Positions 46,334 through 56,586 of a DNA stretch of 64,000 bases are shown here, piece by piece. The position numbers were made by a program, and so were the translations under genes. Below the pieces are notes generated by a model that was given only the letters and a program-made list of their open reading frames with translations, did no database searches and was not told the DNA's origin. Source of the DNA: Rubripirellula sp. (lineage in GTDB: Bacteria > Planctomycetota > Planctomycetia > Pirellulales > Pirellulaceae); the NCBI GenBank assembly GCA_965216875.1, contig OZ244207.1, positions 1,504,001 through 1,568,000 on the forward strand. Direction: 5' to 3'. Within the stretch, counting starts at the first letter, position 1. Every line of letters begins with the position of its first letter.

Positions 46334-47563
46334 ATGTCGAAACTCTCTCGCCGATCGCTCCTCGCCGCCGCTGCTGCAACCACCGCCGCAAGTTCCTCCA
46401 AACTGGGGTTGGCTCAAGAACGCAAAGTCATCCAAGGATTCGATCAAACGGCGACCGAGATTGACGCGACGCAAACGTGGCAGCCGTTTAGTGATCGCAA
46501 AGTGCGTGTGGGGATCGTCGGTCACGGTGTTTGCAAGTTTGGCTTGAAGTTCGACTTGCAACAGCACCCGAATGTTGAACTGGTTGCTGTCAGCGATTTG
46601 TTTCCTGATCGGTGTGCTGAGATGGCGCGACTGGCAAACTGTGACAAGACGTATCCATCGCTCGAAGAAATGGTCAAGGACGACACAATCGAAGCGATTT
46701 TCTGCGCGACCGATGCACCGTCTCACGCGAAACACGCCATCCTGTGTATGGAACACGGCAAGCATGTCGCAACGGCTGTTCCCGCGTTCTATGGCGACAT
46801 CGATGATGCGGAACGGCTGCTGGCGTGTTGCAAGAAGAACAAAGGGCTTGTCTATGCAATGTTCGAAACGTCCTGTTTCCGCGACGATCTATATGCGATG
46901 GAAAAACTCTACGCGGCCAACGTCTTTGGCCGAATCGTTTATTCCGAAGGCGAGTACTGTCACCCACATGTGCTTGGGACGCCCCCGCTTGGGTCGCACA
47001 AAGACTGGCGCGCAAACGGTTGCCCGATGTGGTACCCGACCCATGCTACCGCCTATTACGTGGGTGTCACCCACCAACCGCTGCTCGACGTGACCTGCCG
47101 GGGAACGGCTCCGTTTGAGAAAGAGCTGCGCGTGCCCAACGAGAATGGAAACACGTTCAATTCGGAAGTCGGGCTTTTCCGCACGGCCGAGGGCGGCATG
47201 TCGCGAATGATCGTCTGTCATTCGCAGGGCGAGTTTCTTGAAGCCGGACGAGTACGTGGCGAGCACGCTGGGTATGACAAGTCGTTTGTCGCCAAGCAAG
47301 TCGGCAAGCAACGTTATCGCGACGCAGTCGATGGTGGGCTGCGGCTAAAGAAATACGCGTTGCCACCAGGAGTCCGGCCGGGAGGTCACGGCGGTTCACA
47401 CGGTTATCTGGCGGAAGACTTCATCGATTCGATCTTGCGAAGCCGCAAACCTCGAGTCGACATTATCGATGCGCTCAACATGACCGTCCCCGGCTACTAC
47501 GCCCATCTGTCATCGATCAAGGACGGAGAAACGATGACCATCCCGCAGTATTCGATTGCATGA
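46334..47563 (+). CDS. Tat-exported Gfo/Idh/MocA oxidoreductase
   Basis: SRRSLL Tat motif, VGIVGHG, ATDAPSH, HGKHV, GEYCH and GGHGGS. Confidence 0.92.
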   Translation: MSKLSRRSLLAAAAATTAASSSKLGLAQERKVIQGFDQTATEIDATQTWQPFSDRKVRVGIVGHGVCKFGLKFDLQQHPNVELVAVSDLFPDRCAEMARLANCDKTYPSLEEMVKDDTIEAIFCATDAPSHAKHAILCMEHGKHVATAVPAFYGDIDDAERLLACCKKNKGLVYAMFETSCFRDDLYAMEKLYAANVFGRIVYSEGEYCHPHVLGTPPLGSHKDWRANGCPMWYPTHATAYYVGVTHQPLLDVTCRGTAPFEKELRVPNENGNTFNSEVGLFRTAEGGMSRMIVCHSQGEFLEAGRVRGEHAGYDKSFVAKQVGKQRYRDAVDGGLRLKKYALPPGVRPGGHGGSHGYLAEDFIDSILRSRKPRVDIIDALNMTVPGYYAHLSSIKDGETMTIPQYSIA

Positions 47564-47598
47564 TGCGTTTCACCCGAAAGTGGGAGGATTTCCAAACG

Positions 47599-48723
47599 TT
47601 ATCGGCGGCGGCGCTGAGCGGGTGGTTGCTGGGCGGGGATGAACCGGAACTGGCCGTTCTTTGACGCGGCGATGTTCTGCATCAAACTCTTGGAGCTGTT
47701 GCTCTCAAGGGCGATTGTGTTGACAACAATTTCGGGCGCATAGGTGTCGAGAGCCTGTTTGGGAAACACCGTTCGCGGATTCATCGGACGCAACGCACTC
47801 GGTCGTGCGGACCCAAAGCCGGTCAAGAAGTCGCCGAACGGATCGATCGCGCCCTCGTAAACGAATTCGCCGTCAGACAAGAAGAAGACGGCATCGGGCT
47901 TCAGGGCTCCGGCGATCATCAATGCGTTGCCTGGCATCGTGCCGCCTTGCGGACGTACGACGCGAATCCAGTTTGCGACACGACGCTTGTTTTCCGCCGT
48001 CGCCGGAATCAAACGGGGCGAGTCGTTTGCTCCAAACATCTTGATTGTGTAGCTGCTGTACAGCACCACGTAAAACGAGTGATCCTCGGTCAACTGCTGG
48101 ATCGCTCGGATTGCTTCTTCGCGAGCACGTCGCAACCTTCTTCCGCTTCCAGCCGCCATGCTGCCTGACACGTCCAGTACGAACACAAAGCGATTGCCGT
48201 AGCCATGTGTTCCAAAGAAGGAAATGTCAGGCTTGTTCTCTGCGTTCGGGTCACCTTTTGCGCCGCCTTGGGCACCACCTGCTTCGCCGGAGGGTGGGCC
48301 GTCAATGGACAGCAATTCCGGTGTCTCAACGGCATCCAGATCGAGCGATTCCATCGCCAGGAGGTCAAGCTCTGCTGCTTGATCAAATTCGGATTCGGCT
48401 GCGTCGGGTTCGAGCAAGGAAAAATCGAACGCATCGAATTCGCTCGCTGGTTCGTCCGACGATGGAGCCGCGGAGAGTTCAATCAGCTGACGCTTGTGCG
48501 GTTGGTACATCAAAAGCGCGAGAATGACCAGCAACAACAAGTGCACGGTGAGTGACGCCAAGAAGCCAACGGTGGGCCGAAACCATCCTTCGTTGGCATC
48601 GTCGTGCGATCGACTCTTCCGATCGTCGCGCACATTGACCCCCAATTCGTTCGCTTGGGGAGCAACGGGTGGCGCAGACAACGTGGGCGTTGGGTGCGTC
48701 TCGATTGGAGGCGGAACGATCAA
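47599..48723 (-). CDS. Membrane-anchored VWA domain protein
   Basis: TM segment ASLTVHLLLLVILAL, an acidic linker, SFFG, MIDAS DVSGSM, GGT and FLSDG. Confidence 0.88.
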   Translation of the reverse strand: MIVPPPIETHPTPTLSAPPVAPQANELGVNVRDDRKSRSHDDANEGWFRPTVGFLASLTVHLLLLVILALLMYQPHKRQLIELSAAPSSDEPASEFDAFDFSLLEPDAAESEFDQAAELDLLAMESLDLDAVETPELLSIDGPPSGEAGGAQGGAKGDPNAENKPDISFFGTHGYGNRFVFVLDVSGSMAAGSGRRLRRAREEAIRAIQQLTEDHSFYVVLYSSYTIKMFGANDSPRLIPATAENKRRVANWIRVVRPQGGTMPGNALMIAGALKPDAVFFLSDGEFVYEGAIDPFGDFLTGFGSARPSALRPMNPRTVFPKQALDTYAPEIVVNTIALESNSSKSLMQNIAASKNGQFRFIPAQQPPAQRRRR

Positions 48724-48879
48724 GTGGCACTCGGGGAAAAGATGGGCGACACCACAGCCTGATCGTGCTGGCGATAAGTCCCTTGAGCCAACACAGCTCT
48801 TTCAGGGTATCACCTCGATGCCCAATGGACAAATCAAATCGGGGTGCCGCGTTCGTTGGGCCATGGTCTTGATCGGGGT

Positions 48880-49044
48880 GGGCAGTGCCCGTGAGCCGCT
48901 GGCCGTCAGGCCTCGGGCCCTTGCCACCGCGCAGCGAGTGTGAAGTCGATCAAGGCCCGGCCGCTTACGCGATCGCGGCTCCGTTGTGTGAACTTGGGCA
49001 AGGATTTCCGTTGTTGGAAGCGTAGTTGCAATCCGCAGCACTAG
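48880..49044. repeat. Repeat family B element (108-bp core plus 19-nt cap)
   Basis: Core 48880-48987 matches the reverse complement of 51206-51313 at 97/108 nt. The cap TTGCAATCCGCAGCACTAG (49026-49044) overlaps a TAG stop codon. Confidence 0.9.
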
Positions 49045-49805
49045 TTTAAGTCCAACAGCGCCGTCGCGACGAGGAAACGGTCACAACCGACTTGGCGGAG
49101 ACGACGAATGTCTTCGGTGTCGCGTATGCCGCCGCCTGAATAGATCGTCATCTCAGGTGCAAATTGACGGTAGCGACGACAGAGTTCAATTGTCGAAGCC
49201 CCTCGGCCAGTCCCAACTGAGGCGATGTCCAGGACAATTGCCCCGGACACCCGGGCTTCTGCAATTGCCGCAAACCAGTCGGCTTCGGCGGCATCGAGTT
49301 GCTGAAGCAACACGCCGTCTCGGTAGTCCAGACTCGCGACGGTGTTCTCGGCCCCAACACATTGGGCCAAGCGACTTGGGGCGTCCAAGACGACAGCCGA
49401 TTCCGATGCAGCGACGAATCGAGCCTGAGGGAACTGTCTTGAGATCGATTCGAGGGTGTCGCGGTTGGTTGCCGCTTCGTCGCCGCGCCAGCCGATGTCC
49501 AAGATCACCTGAGCTCCGCCAAAACCCGATGTGATTTCACAAATCAGATCGCGCTGCAGCGGCTTTCCACGGATGGCATCGAGGTCGGCGAGGTAGAGAG
49601 AAGTCAGCCCAAGGTCACGATAGTAGCGAGCTAGCTTGGGTGCATCGCCGATGTTTCGAATGTCATCGACTGGAAACTCGATGGGTTGATACTGATCGCG
49701 GTTTCCCGCAACCGCGTGAACGGCAAAACCGTTTTTTAGGTCAATCACACCGACAAGAGAATCGATGTGGTCAGGTTCGAGCAGTCGCGATCTTGGGCGA
49801 CTCAA
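49041..49805 (-). CDS. HisA/HisF-related TIM-barrel protein
   Basis: VIDLKNGFAVHAVAGNRDQYQP, LYLADLDAI, SLDY, VLDIASVGTGRG, GGGIR and LVATAL. Confidence 0.85.
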   Translation of the reverse strand: MSRPRSRLLEPDHIDSLVGVIDLKNGFAVHAVAGNRDQYQPIEFPVDDIRNIGDAPKLARYYRDLGLTSLYLADLDAIRGKPLQRDLICEITSGFGGAQVILDIGWRGDEAATNRDTLESISRQFPQARFVAASESAVVLDAPSRLAQCVGAENTVASLDYRDGVLLQQLDAAEADWFAAIAEARVSGAIVLDIASVGTGRGASTIELCRRYRQFAPEMTIYSGGGIRDTEDIRRLRQVGCDRFLVATALLDLN

Positions 49806-50356
49806 TCGTCGTCGCCTGATCCGGGAAGCGAAAAGAGCGACTCGACTTTGACGATCGCGTAGTCGTCTGGGAACGTGTGGATGGCTTGGATCAGCATCGA
49901 CTTTTGGCGTGTCTCGACGTTGACATAGCTCATCGCACCGAGCGCCATTCGGCCGCTCGCATCGAAGGTGTGCAATAGGCCTTCCATGGGCCCCGTGCCG
50001 AGTTGCTGTTGGACCATCCAGAACATTTTGGGTTCAACAGGTTCAAGCTGAAAACTTGTGCGGTACTCGATACCGCCGTGACAGCTCGCTCGCTCGGTGC
50101 GGCTTCCCTTGAGTGGCTGGGAAATCAAGCAGCGGCGTTTGGGGAGCGGCTGGTGGGCACTGGTGGCAACTTCACAGAGAGTTACCCCCCCTGCTTTCCA
50201 AGTGATCACATGCCCACAATTGGTGATGTCGATTTGTGCTTCGTAGGTACCACGTTTGATCTGTCGGCTCTTGTGCAACCGGTAAAGCTCCGGATGCAGC
50301 GAGCGACTAAAAACGTGAAACGCCAATTCGGCGACTTTGGGGCGAACCGAAAGCAC
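49802..50356 (-). CDS. Conserved hypothetical protein (DUF2617-like)
   Basis: GTG start; LSVRPKVAELAFHVFSRSLHPEL, GHVITW and HTFPDD. ATGA overlap with the downstream gene. The family name is from recall. Confidence 0.7.
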   Translation of the reverse strand: MLSVRPKVAELAFHVFSRSLHPELYRLHKSRQIKRGTYEAQIDITNCGHVITWKAGGVTLCEVATSAHQPLPKRRCLISQPLKGSRTERASCHGGIEYRTSFQLEPVEPKMFWMVQQQLGTGPMEGLLHTFDASGRMALGAMSYVNVETRQKSMLIQAIHTFPDDYAIVKVESLFSLPGSGDDD

Positions 50357-50587
50357 AGGGCGAGGTCCAATCACGAACGTGTATCTATGATCCGAACGTC
50401 GTTCGGGTATTGTTTGCTGGTAAATCGAGGCCGCACAACGCGAGCCAAGATGCAGTCAGCTGTGTCAGGCCCATTATACGCAACGCCTCGAAACTGGCTA
50501 AAGACCGTTTACGGTAAGAGGCAAGAAGAATATCTTTTTTGGCTCACCCACAAAATTCCCATTGACATTGGCTGACGAGATTGCCCC

Positions 50588-51166
50588 ATGGTCGTCGTGA
50601 TCGACAACTACGACTCGTTTACATACAACTTGGTCCAACGGCTCGGCGAAATTGATGCGTCGCAAGACATTCGTGTCTTTCGCAATGACGAATTGTCGGT
50701 TGCGCAACTTGCCGAACTTTCGCCATCACGTGTGCTTGTTTCACCAGGCCCTTGCACGCCAAACGAAGCTGGAATCAGCGTCGAGTGCGTGAAACATTTC
50801 GCAGGAAAGGTTCCGCTGCTCGGAGTTTGCCTTGGTCATCAGTCGATCGGGCAGGCGTTTGGTGGCAACATCATTCGCGCTCCCGAGCTGATGCATGGCA
50901 AGACCGACGAGATCGTGCATGACGACAGCGGATTGTTCGCCGGCATCACGTCCCCGTTCGTCGCAACGCGCTATCACAGTCTCGTGATCGAACCGGAATC
51001 GCTTCCCTCTGAACTGAGCGTGTCGGCTTGGACAGACACGGGTGGAACGCGTCAGATCATGGGGGTCAGGCACAACGAGTACAAACTCGAAGGTTGGCAG
51101 TTCCACCCCGAGAGTTTTTTGACCGAACCGGGCATTGAGCTGCTGACGCGATTCCTTCAGTGGTGA
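50588..51166 (+). CDS. trpG: Anthranilate/aminodeoxychorismate synthase component II (TrpG/PabA glutamine amidotransferase)
   Basis: IDNYDSFTYNLVQ, SPGPCTP, GVCLGHQ, RYHSL and QFHPES. TrpG and PabA roles cannot be distinguished from sequence alone. Confidence 0.95.
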   Translation: MVVVIDNYDSFTYNLVQRLGEIDASQDIRVFRNDELSVAQLAELSPSRVLVSPGPCTPNEAGISVECVKHFAGKVPLLGVCLGHQSIGQAFGGNIIRAPELMHGKTDEIVHDDSGLFAGITSPFVATRYHSLVIEPESLPSELSVSAWTDTGGTRQIMGVRHNEYKLEGWQFHPESFLTEPGIELLTRFLQW

Positions 51167-51183
51167 AAGAAAAACGCGCGCGA

Positions 51184-51367
51184 TAGCGCCACGGCTCGTG
51201 ACGCAACAACTGAGCCGCGATCGCGTAAGCGGCCGGGCCTTAGTCGCCTTCGCCCTAGCTGCGCGTCGGCAAATGCCCGAGGCCTGACGGCCAGCGGCTC
51301 ACGGGCACTGCCCAAACTGCGCAAGAAGTTGCTCTGGTGGCACCAAGATTGCAATCCGCAGTACTAG
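51184..51367. repeat. Repeat family B element (inverted core; caps at both ends)
   Basis: Core at 51206-51313. Right cap TTGCAATCCGCAGTACTAG (51349-51367) is 18/19 identical to 49026-49044. A degenerate inverted cap TAGCGCCACGGCTCGTGA starts at 51184. Confidence 0.88.
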
Positions 51368-52389
51368 AGCACGCGAGCTGGTGCGGCTGACTGTTCTTTG
51401 ACCAATCGAGCGATCAAGTCATCAACCGTGATGCCGTCCGCTTCGGCGGCGAAAGTGGGCACGATTCGGTGACGCAAGACGGGATGGGCCAACACTTCCA
51501 CATCTTCGATCGTGACATGCGGTCGGCCATGAATGAGGGCTCTCGCTTTGGCCGCGAGCACGAGTTGTTGGCTAGCTCGAGGACCGGGGCCCCATTCGAT
51601 CAGTTCTTTTGCCCAAGGCTTGCTCGATTCGTCTCGTGGACGCACCGCGCGAACCGCATCGAGTACCCAATCTTTGACATGTTGCGGCAACGGAACGCGG
51701 CGCACCGTCTTTTGGTATTCGATGATTTCATCGCCCGAGACCACCGCCTCGACGGTGCTGTCGAACGTTCCCGTGGTACGGTCAACGATTTCTTCCTCTT
51801 GGTCGCGTGACGGATAGTCGACCACAACGTGGAAGAGGAAGCGGTCTCGCTGCGCCTCGGGAAGCGGGTAGGTGCCTTCCTGTTCAATCGGGTTCTGGGT
51901 CGCCAGTACGAAAAACGGCTCGTCCAAGTGATAGGTTTTTCCGGCTGCGGTTACCTCGTGTTCTTGCATCGCTTCGAGCAACGCAGCTTGAGTTTTCGGT
52001 GGCGTCCGATTGATTTCGTCGGCCAGCAGCATTTGGGTAAAGACAGGGCCTTTTTCGAAGACGAATTGACGGTGCCCCGTCTGCGGGTCTTCTTGGATGA
52101 TTTCTGTTCCCGTGATGTCACCAGGCATCAAGTCGGGCGTGAACTGGATACGGCGAAACGTCAGGTGCATCGACTCGGCGAGCGTTCGAACCATCAGGGT
52201 CTTGGCCAGTCCTGGCACGCCCTCGAGCAAACAGTGGCCGCTAGCCAAAATCGCGATGAGGAGTTGCTCGATCACATCGTCTTGGCCGACAACGACTCGA
52301 CCGACTTGTTGGCGGATCGCATCGCAAGCCGCAACTAGTTTTTCGGCTGCGACAGAGTCCTCGTTGGCAGCGGGATTCGAATCGGACAA
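51364..52389 (-). CDS. moxR: MoxR-family AAA+ ATPase
   Basis: TTG start after GAGGA. Contains [42 protein letters not shown] and [22 protein letters not shown]. Confidence 0.95.
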   Translation of the reverse strand: MSDSNPAANEDSVAAEKLVAACDAIRQQVGRVVVGQDDVIEQLLIAILASGHCLLEGVPGLAKTLMVRTLAESMHLTFRRIQFTPDLMPGDITGTEIIQEDPQTGHRQFVFEKGPVFTQMLLADEINRTPPKTQAALLEAMQEHEVTAAGKTYHLDEPFFVLATQNPIEQEGTYPLPEAQRDRFLFHVVVDYPSRDQEEEIVDRTTGTFDSTVEAVVSGDEIIEYQKTVRRVPLPQHVKDWVLDAVRAVRPRDESSKPWAKELIEWGPGPRASQQLVLAAKARALIHGRPHVTIEDVEVLAHPVLRHRIVPTFAAEADGITVDDLIARLVKEQSAAPARVL

Positions 52390-52705
52390 AGCGGGATCCT
52401 CTGTGTTCGGTCGTTCTGGCGGGTGGCTGGGGCGGGAGCAATCGAAGGCAAGACTCGAAAAGCGATCCGGTTGGTGAATCGCGCCAGAGAATGAACGTGC
52501 GCGGTCCCAACTTGGACTCCGGTTTTGCAAAGTTTTTCGCAAGCCGATTGGCAATGAGCCATAGCCTTTTTGCAGCGAGCCTTGCTGATTGCCACTTCAG
52601 TTTAATCAGTTCGGGCGGGCTTGGGGGCCACCTGTGATCGCGCTGCTGCCTGTCGTATGCTAGTGACTTGCTCAGCTCCCTCGCCTCCTTTGTGATCCTT
52701 TTTCA

Positions 52706-54454
52706 ATGGCCTCGCTTTTTGTCGTTCGTGGCAGAGACCAAGGAAAGCACTTTCAGCTTTCTGCGGCCGTCCAGAAAATTGGGCGTGAGGCGTCAAGTGA
52801 GATTCAACTTTTCGATTCGGAGGCCTCTCGCAGTCACGCCGAAGTCCGCATCAGCGACGATGGCAAATGCGAGCTGGTCGACCTGGGCAGCAGCAATGGC
52901 ACACGGATCAACGGCAAGCGGGTCGTGCAACATGCGCTTGCCAGTGGCGATCGAATTGAAATTGGCACGACGCTGCTGATCTTCACCGGCACGGGGCCAC
53001 CAAGCGCACTCGATGCGGCTCATGGTGTCGATATCGTTCTGAAGAGTCAGGACGAACTTGATGGTAGCCGAATCGTTTCGTCGCTTTCTCAATCAGGCGC
53101 TGGGCATGCGATCACGGGAGTGCAGTCGCAAAGCGACGCGGACCGATCGTTGGAAGTGATGTATCTGACCGCGCTCGCCGTGGGGCGAACGGACGATCTT
53201 GATGAAGTGCTCGATCGCGTGCTGCACCTTGTCTTTGACTGGGTCGAAGCCGATCGTGGCTGTGTGATGCTACGCGACAACGAGACGGGGCAATTGCAGC
53301 CAGCAGCCCGTTGCGACCGCGAGGGCAGCCAGGCTGGCGAAAGTCGGCAGATGTCGATCAGCCGTACGATCCTTGATTATGTGATTTCGCACAAGGAAGG
53401 CGTGCGAACCAGCGATGCAAAGGATGACTCGCGTTTTGATGCGGCCGCGTCCATTGTTCACGCCGGTGTTCGTGAAGCGCTTTGTGTGCCGCTGCAAGGT
53501 CGCTACGACATCGTCGGCACGCTCTACATCGACACGTACACGCCGCCAGGACAGCTCATCGCAACGGGAAACCATCAACGTTTTACCGACGACCACCTGC
53601 GGCTGATCACCGCGATCGGACATCAAGCGGCGCTCGCCATTGAAGACACGTTCTACTATTCAGCCGTTGTGCAAAGCGAGCGGCTCGCGGCGATGGGGCA
53701 AACGATCGCAACGCTTTCTCATCACGTCAAAAACATCCTCCAAGGTATTCGCGGCGGCAGTTACCTGATCGAAGCGGGGCTTGATCGCGGCGACACCAAT
53801 GCCGTGCGCAAAGGCTGGGGAATTGTCGATCGCAACCAGGATCGTATTTCGAACCTCGTGATGGACATGTTGACCTTTTCAAAGGAGCGTGAGCCCGAAA
53901 AGGTCGAAGCGGACCTCAATGAGACGGTTGGCGATGTCGTTGAGCTCATGCAGACACGCGCCGAAGAAATGGACGTCGAACTTGGCGCTGGACTCGACGA
54001 AAAGCTCCCTGCAGCACACTTCGACCCCGAGGCAATGCATCGAGCAATTCTGAACTTGGTTACCAATGCGATTGACGCTGCATCGGGCACCATGAACGTC
54101 GAAACCGAATTCGAAACCATTGATTCGGAAGCACCCGAAGAGGAACCGACGCCGGGGAAAGTGTTTGTCACCACGCGGTTTGATCACCAATCGGGTTGGC
54201 AAATCGATGTGGTCGACAATGGACCCGGAGTTTCCGAGGAAGATCGCGAAAAAATCTTCTCGTTGTTTGAGTCGCGGAAAGGCGCGCGAGGTACGGGATT
54301 GGGATTGCCTGTGAGTGCCAAAATCATGCGAGAACATGGCGGCAGCATTCAGATCTTGGACGCGCCGCACGGACGCGGGTGCTGCTTCCGTCTGTTGCTA
54401 CCGCTTTCGGGTAGCGACACTTCCGATGTGATCAGCTTGGAAACGATCCTCTAG
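52706..54454 (+). CDS. FHA-GAF histidine kinase
   Basis: FHA domain (IGR, SRSHA, DLGSSNGT), GAF domain (ALCVPL..GTLYID..HLRLITAIG), H-box LSHHVKN, DNGPGV and GTGLGL. Confidence 0.93.
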   Translation: MASLFVVRGRDQGKHFQLSAAVQKIGREASSEIQLFDSEASRSHAEVRISDDGKCELVDLGSSNGTRINGKRVVQHALASGDRIEIGTTLLIFTGTGPPSALDAAHGVDIVLKSQDELDGSRIVSSLSQSGAGHAITGVQSQSDADRSLEVMYLTALAVGRTDDLDEVLDRVLHLVFDWVEADRGCVMLRDNETGQLQPAARCDREGSQAGESRQMSISRTILDYVISHKEGVRTSDAKDDSRFDAAASIVHAGVREALCVPLQGRYDIVGTLYIDTYTPPGQLIATGNHQRFTDDHLRLITAIGHQAALAIEDTFYYSAVVQSERLAAMGQTIATLSHHVKNILQGIRGGSYLIEAGLDRGDTNAVRKGWGIVDRNQDRISNLVMDMLTFSKEREPEKVEADLNETVGDVVELMQTRAEEMDVELGAGLDEKLPAAHFDPEAMHRAILNLVTNAIDAASGTMNVETEFETIDSEAPEEEPTPGKVFVTTRFDHQSGWQIDVVDNGPGVSEEDREKIFSLFESRKGARGTGLGLPVSAKIMREHGGSIQILDAPHGRGCCFRLLLPLSGSDTSDVISLETIL

Positions 54455-56586
54455 GCGGCAAACGCTTCCGGGAGTTGGCCGCTGTATCGCGCACCCGCGT
54501 ATTGCCGATACCACTGAGCGATCGATCGCAGTTGAGGCTCGTTGTCGCGTTGGTTTTCGGCCGCTTGCTCAATCCGCGCCGCGAATTGATGGAGCGTTTC
54601 GGAGCGATTCCGAATCAACCGTTGTTTTCGTGTCAGGCGGTCGACCCGTCGCAGCATCTTTCGGCTTTGAATTTCGAGTGGGTCGTCGCCGCCTCGTTTG
54701 GCTCGGTGACGACGGTACCAAAGCAATCCGACCAGCCCAAAAAAGAGTGGCAGTTGTAGGTAACGGAAGATCACAACCAATGGGTCGGTCGCACGTTGTG
54801 ACGAGATCCAGCCCCAGATGTATCCAAACAGCGTATCCGACTCGTCGAGATCATCGGCCGCTTCGATGTCGGAATCAACGGTCTCATCTTCGTCAACGCC
54901 AAAGGGATCGATCGTCGAGTAGGTTCGCCCCGGTGTGGATTCGACAGGAAACCACTGGCCCGTTTCATCGTCAAAGGCTTCCACCCAGGCGTGAGCGTCA
55001 CCGTTGCGTGCCAGCCAGCGTTCGTTTTCGTCGTTGTATTCGTCAGCAACGTAACCGGTCACATAACGCGTCGGGATTCCTTCGTGCCTTAACAGCAACG
55101 CCGTCGCAGTGGCGAAGTATTCACAGTGGGCCGGGTGTGGTTGGTCTAAGAACGCGGCGATCGGGTCGACGCCGCGCGGAGCGCGAGTTCGTTGCAGCGT
55201 GTAGCCGTAGTTCGCCTGGAAATAGTCCTCGCAAGCGACTGCTTTTTCGCGTGGTGAATCGTCAGGATCAAAGATCACCAGCGCCTTCCTTGCGACCGCA
55301 TCAGCGCATCTTCGTGGAATGACTGTCGCAGCCTGACGTCGCAATCCCGTTACTTGTTTGCGAGTGACTTCGGTGGCGACGCCGGCAACGTAGGGATACC
55401 GTGGGTCGACCCCCATCCGAATCACGTCATGGTGACCAACGATCAATTCTCCACTGCGTGCCTCGAGCCAGTCGGTCGCAAGCGGCAGGAATATTCGGTT
55501 TCCTTTTTGCGGGTCGAGAATGACTTCGATCGGCACGGTGGGTCGACGATTGACTCGATTCAAATCAAACCGACTAAGTTCACTGCGGTTGGCCTGTTCA
55601 AGAGGCGTCTGTGCGTCGCCAACCGACCGCAGGATGCGATCAGAAAACGCTTGGTCGCTGATGTTTGCCGAGTTACGCGTCGTTTTCCACACACTTGAAC
55701 GGTAGAGGTCGAAGACCTTTCCGCGTAGATAGCCAGGTGCTCGGTCACTATAGACGCGAAGGGCGATTCCTTGCGGGTCGCCTTCGAGATGCCGTCGCAC
55801 ATCGCCAAGATTGCTGCCGTTCACATAGCGTGTTCCGCTGATCGTCGATTGTTGTGCGATGGGATCGAAACGTGACTTGAGCTGCTCTTGCAAGATGTCG
55901 CGCACACCTGGCAGGACTTCGTTTGTGCCGCGAGCGACAGCGCTTGTCGCGATCATGATCAACGAAAGTGCCAGCAACGAGTAGAGTTGACCCGTTCCCG
56001 CAAACAATGACTTGAACGTGAAGGGTTGAGCACCGGCGTGGCTGATCCTTTCGCTTTCCGTTTCGCCGTTCTTTTGGCGATAGCGCGCCGACAGCACGAT
56101 TTGTGATGCAATCGCAAAGCCGATTGCCGTGGTGATCCCAACGACCGTTTGAGCGCCGAGGTATTGGCTGACACCACCGGCCGCGACGCAACAGAGCAAG
56201 ACGCAGAGTCCAAGGCCGAGCATTGCTGGATGTCCCACTTTGGGTCGCATCGCCCAAAGCAGCAACACCCCGAAAACGCAGGAGTGGGCAAGCATGTCGA
56301 TGCCGAAGGACAAGATGTTGATCGTTTCGCTGAAGTGGGCCGTGAGTCGCCAAGACGAGACCGCAGCAACAAGCCCGATTACCCCTAACGCGGTCATCGC
56401 CCAGCGTTGCCATCGAGGGCGAATCTTCTTGGGCTCAACCACCGTTCGACGACTGCGCCACAGGACCAAAAGGAATGACAGAGCCGCGATTCCGCCGGTC
56501 ATTGACCAGGTCTCAAACGTCGCACAAACGAATAGAACCAAGCAAGCGACGAGCAAGGCCAAAACGCGTGTCTCGGTAACTCTCAC
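54451..56586 (-). CDS. Membrane transglutaminase-like (TgpA-type) protein
   Basis: About six N-terminal TM segments, YLRGKVFD, catalytic HCEYFATA, RYVTGY and AHAWVE, then a C-terminal TM and RSETL. Confidence 0.92.
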   Translation of the reverse strand: MRVTETRVLALLVACLVLFVCATFETWSMTGGIAALSFLLVLWRSRRTVVEPKKIRPRWQRWAMTALGVIGLVAAVSSWRLTAHFSETINILSFGIDMLAHSCVFGVLLLWAMRPKVGHPAMLGLGLCVLLCCVAAGGVSQYLGAQTVVGITTAIGFAIASQIVLSARYRQKNGETESERISHAGAQPFTFKSLFAGTGQLYSLLALSLIMIATSAVARGTNEVLPGVRDILQEQLKSRFDPIAQQSTISGTRYVNGSNLGDVRRHLEGDPQGIALRVYSDRAPGYLRGKVFDLYRSSVWKTTRNSANISDQAFSDRILRSVGDAQTPLEQANRSELSRFDLNRVNRRPTVPIEVILDPQKGNRIFLPLATDWLEARSGELIVGHHDVIRMGVDPRYPYVAGVATEVTRKQVTGLRRQAATVIPRRCADAVARKALVIFDPDDSPREKAVACEDYFQANYGYTLQRTRAPRGVDPIAAFLDQPHPAHCEYFATATALLLRHEGIPTRYVTGYVADEYNDENERWLARNGDAHAWVEAFDDETGQWFPVESTPGRTYSTIDPFGVDEDETVDSDIEAADDLDESDTLFGYIWGWISSQRATDPLVVIFRYLQLPLFFGLVGLLWYRRHRAKRGGDDPLEIQSRKMLRRVDRLTRKQRLIRNRSETLHQFAARIEQAAENQRDNEPQLRSIAQWYRQYAGARYSGQLPEAFAA

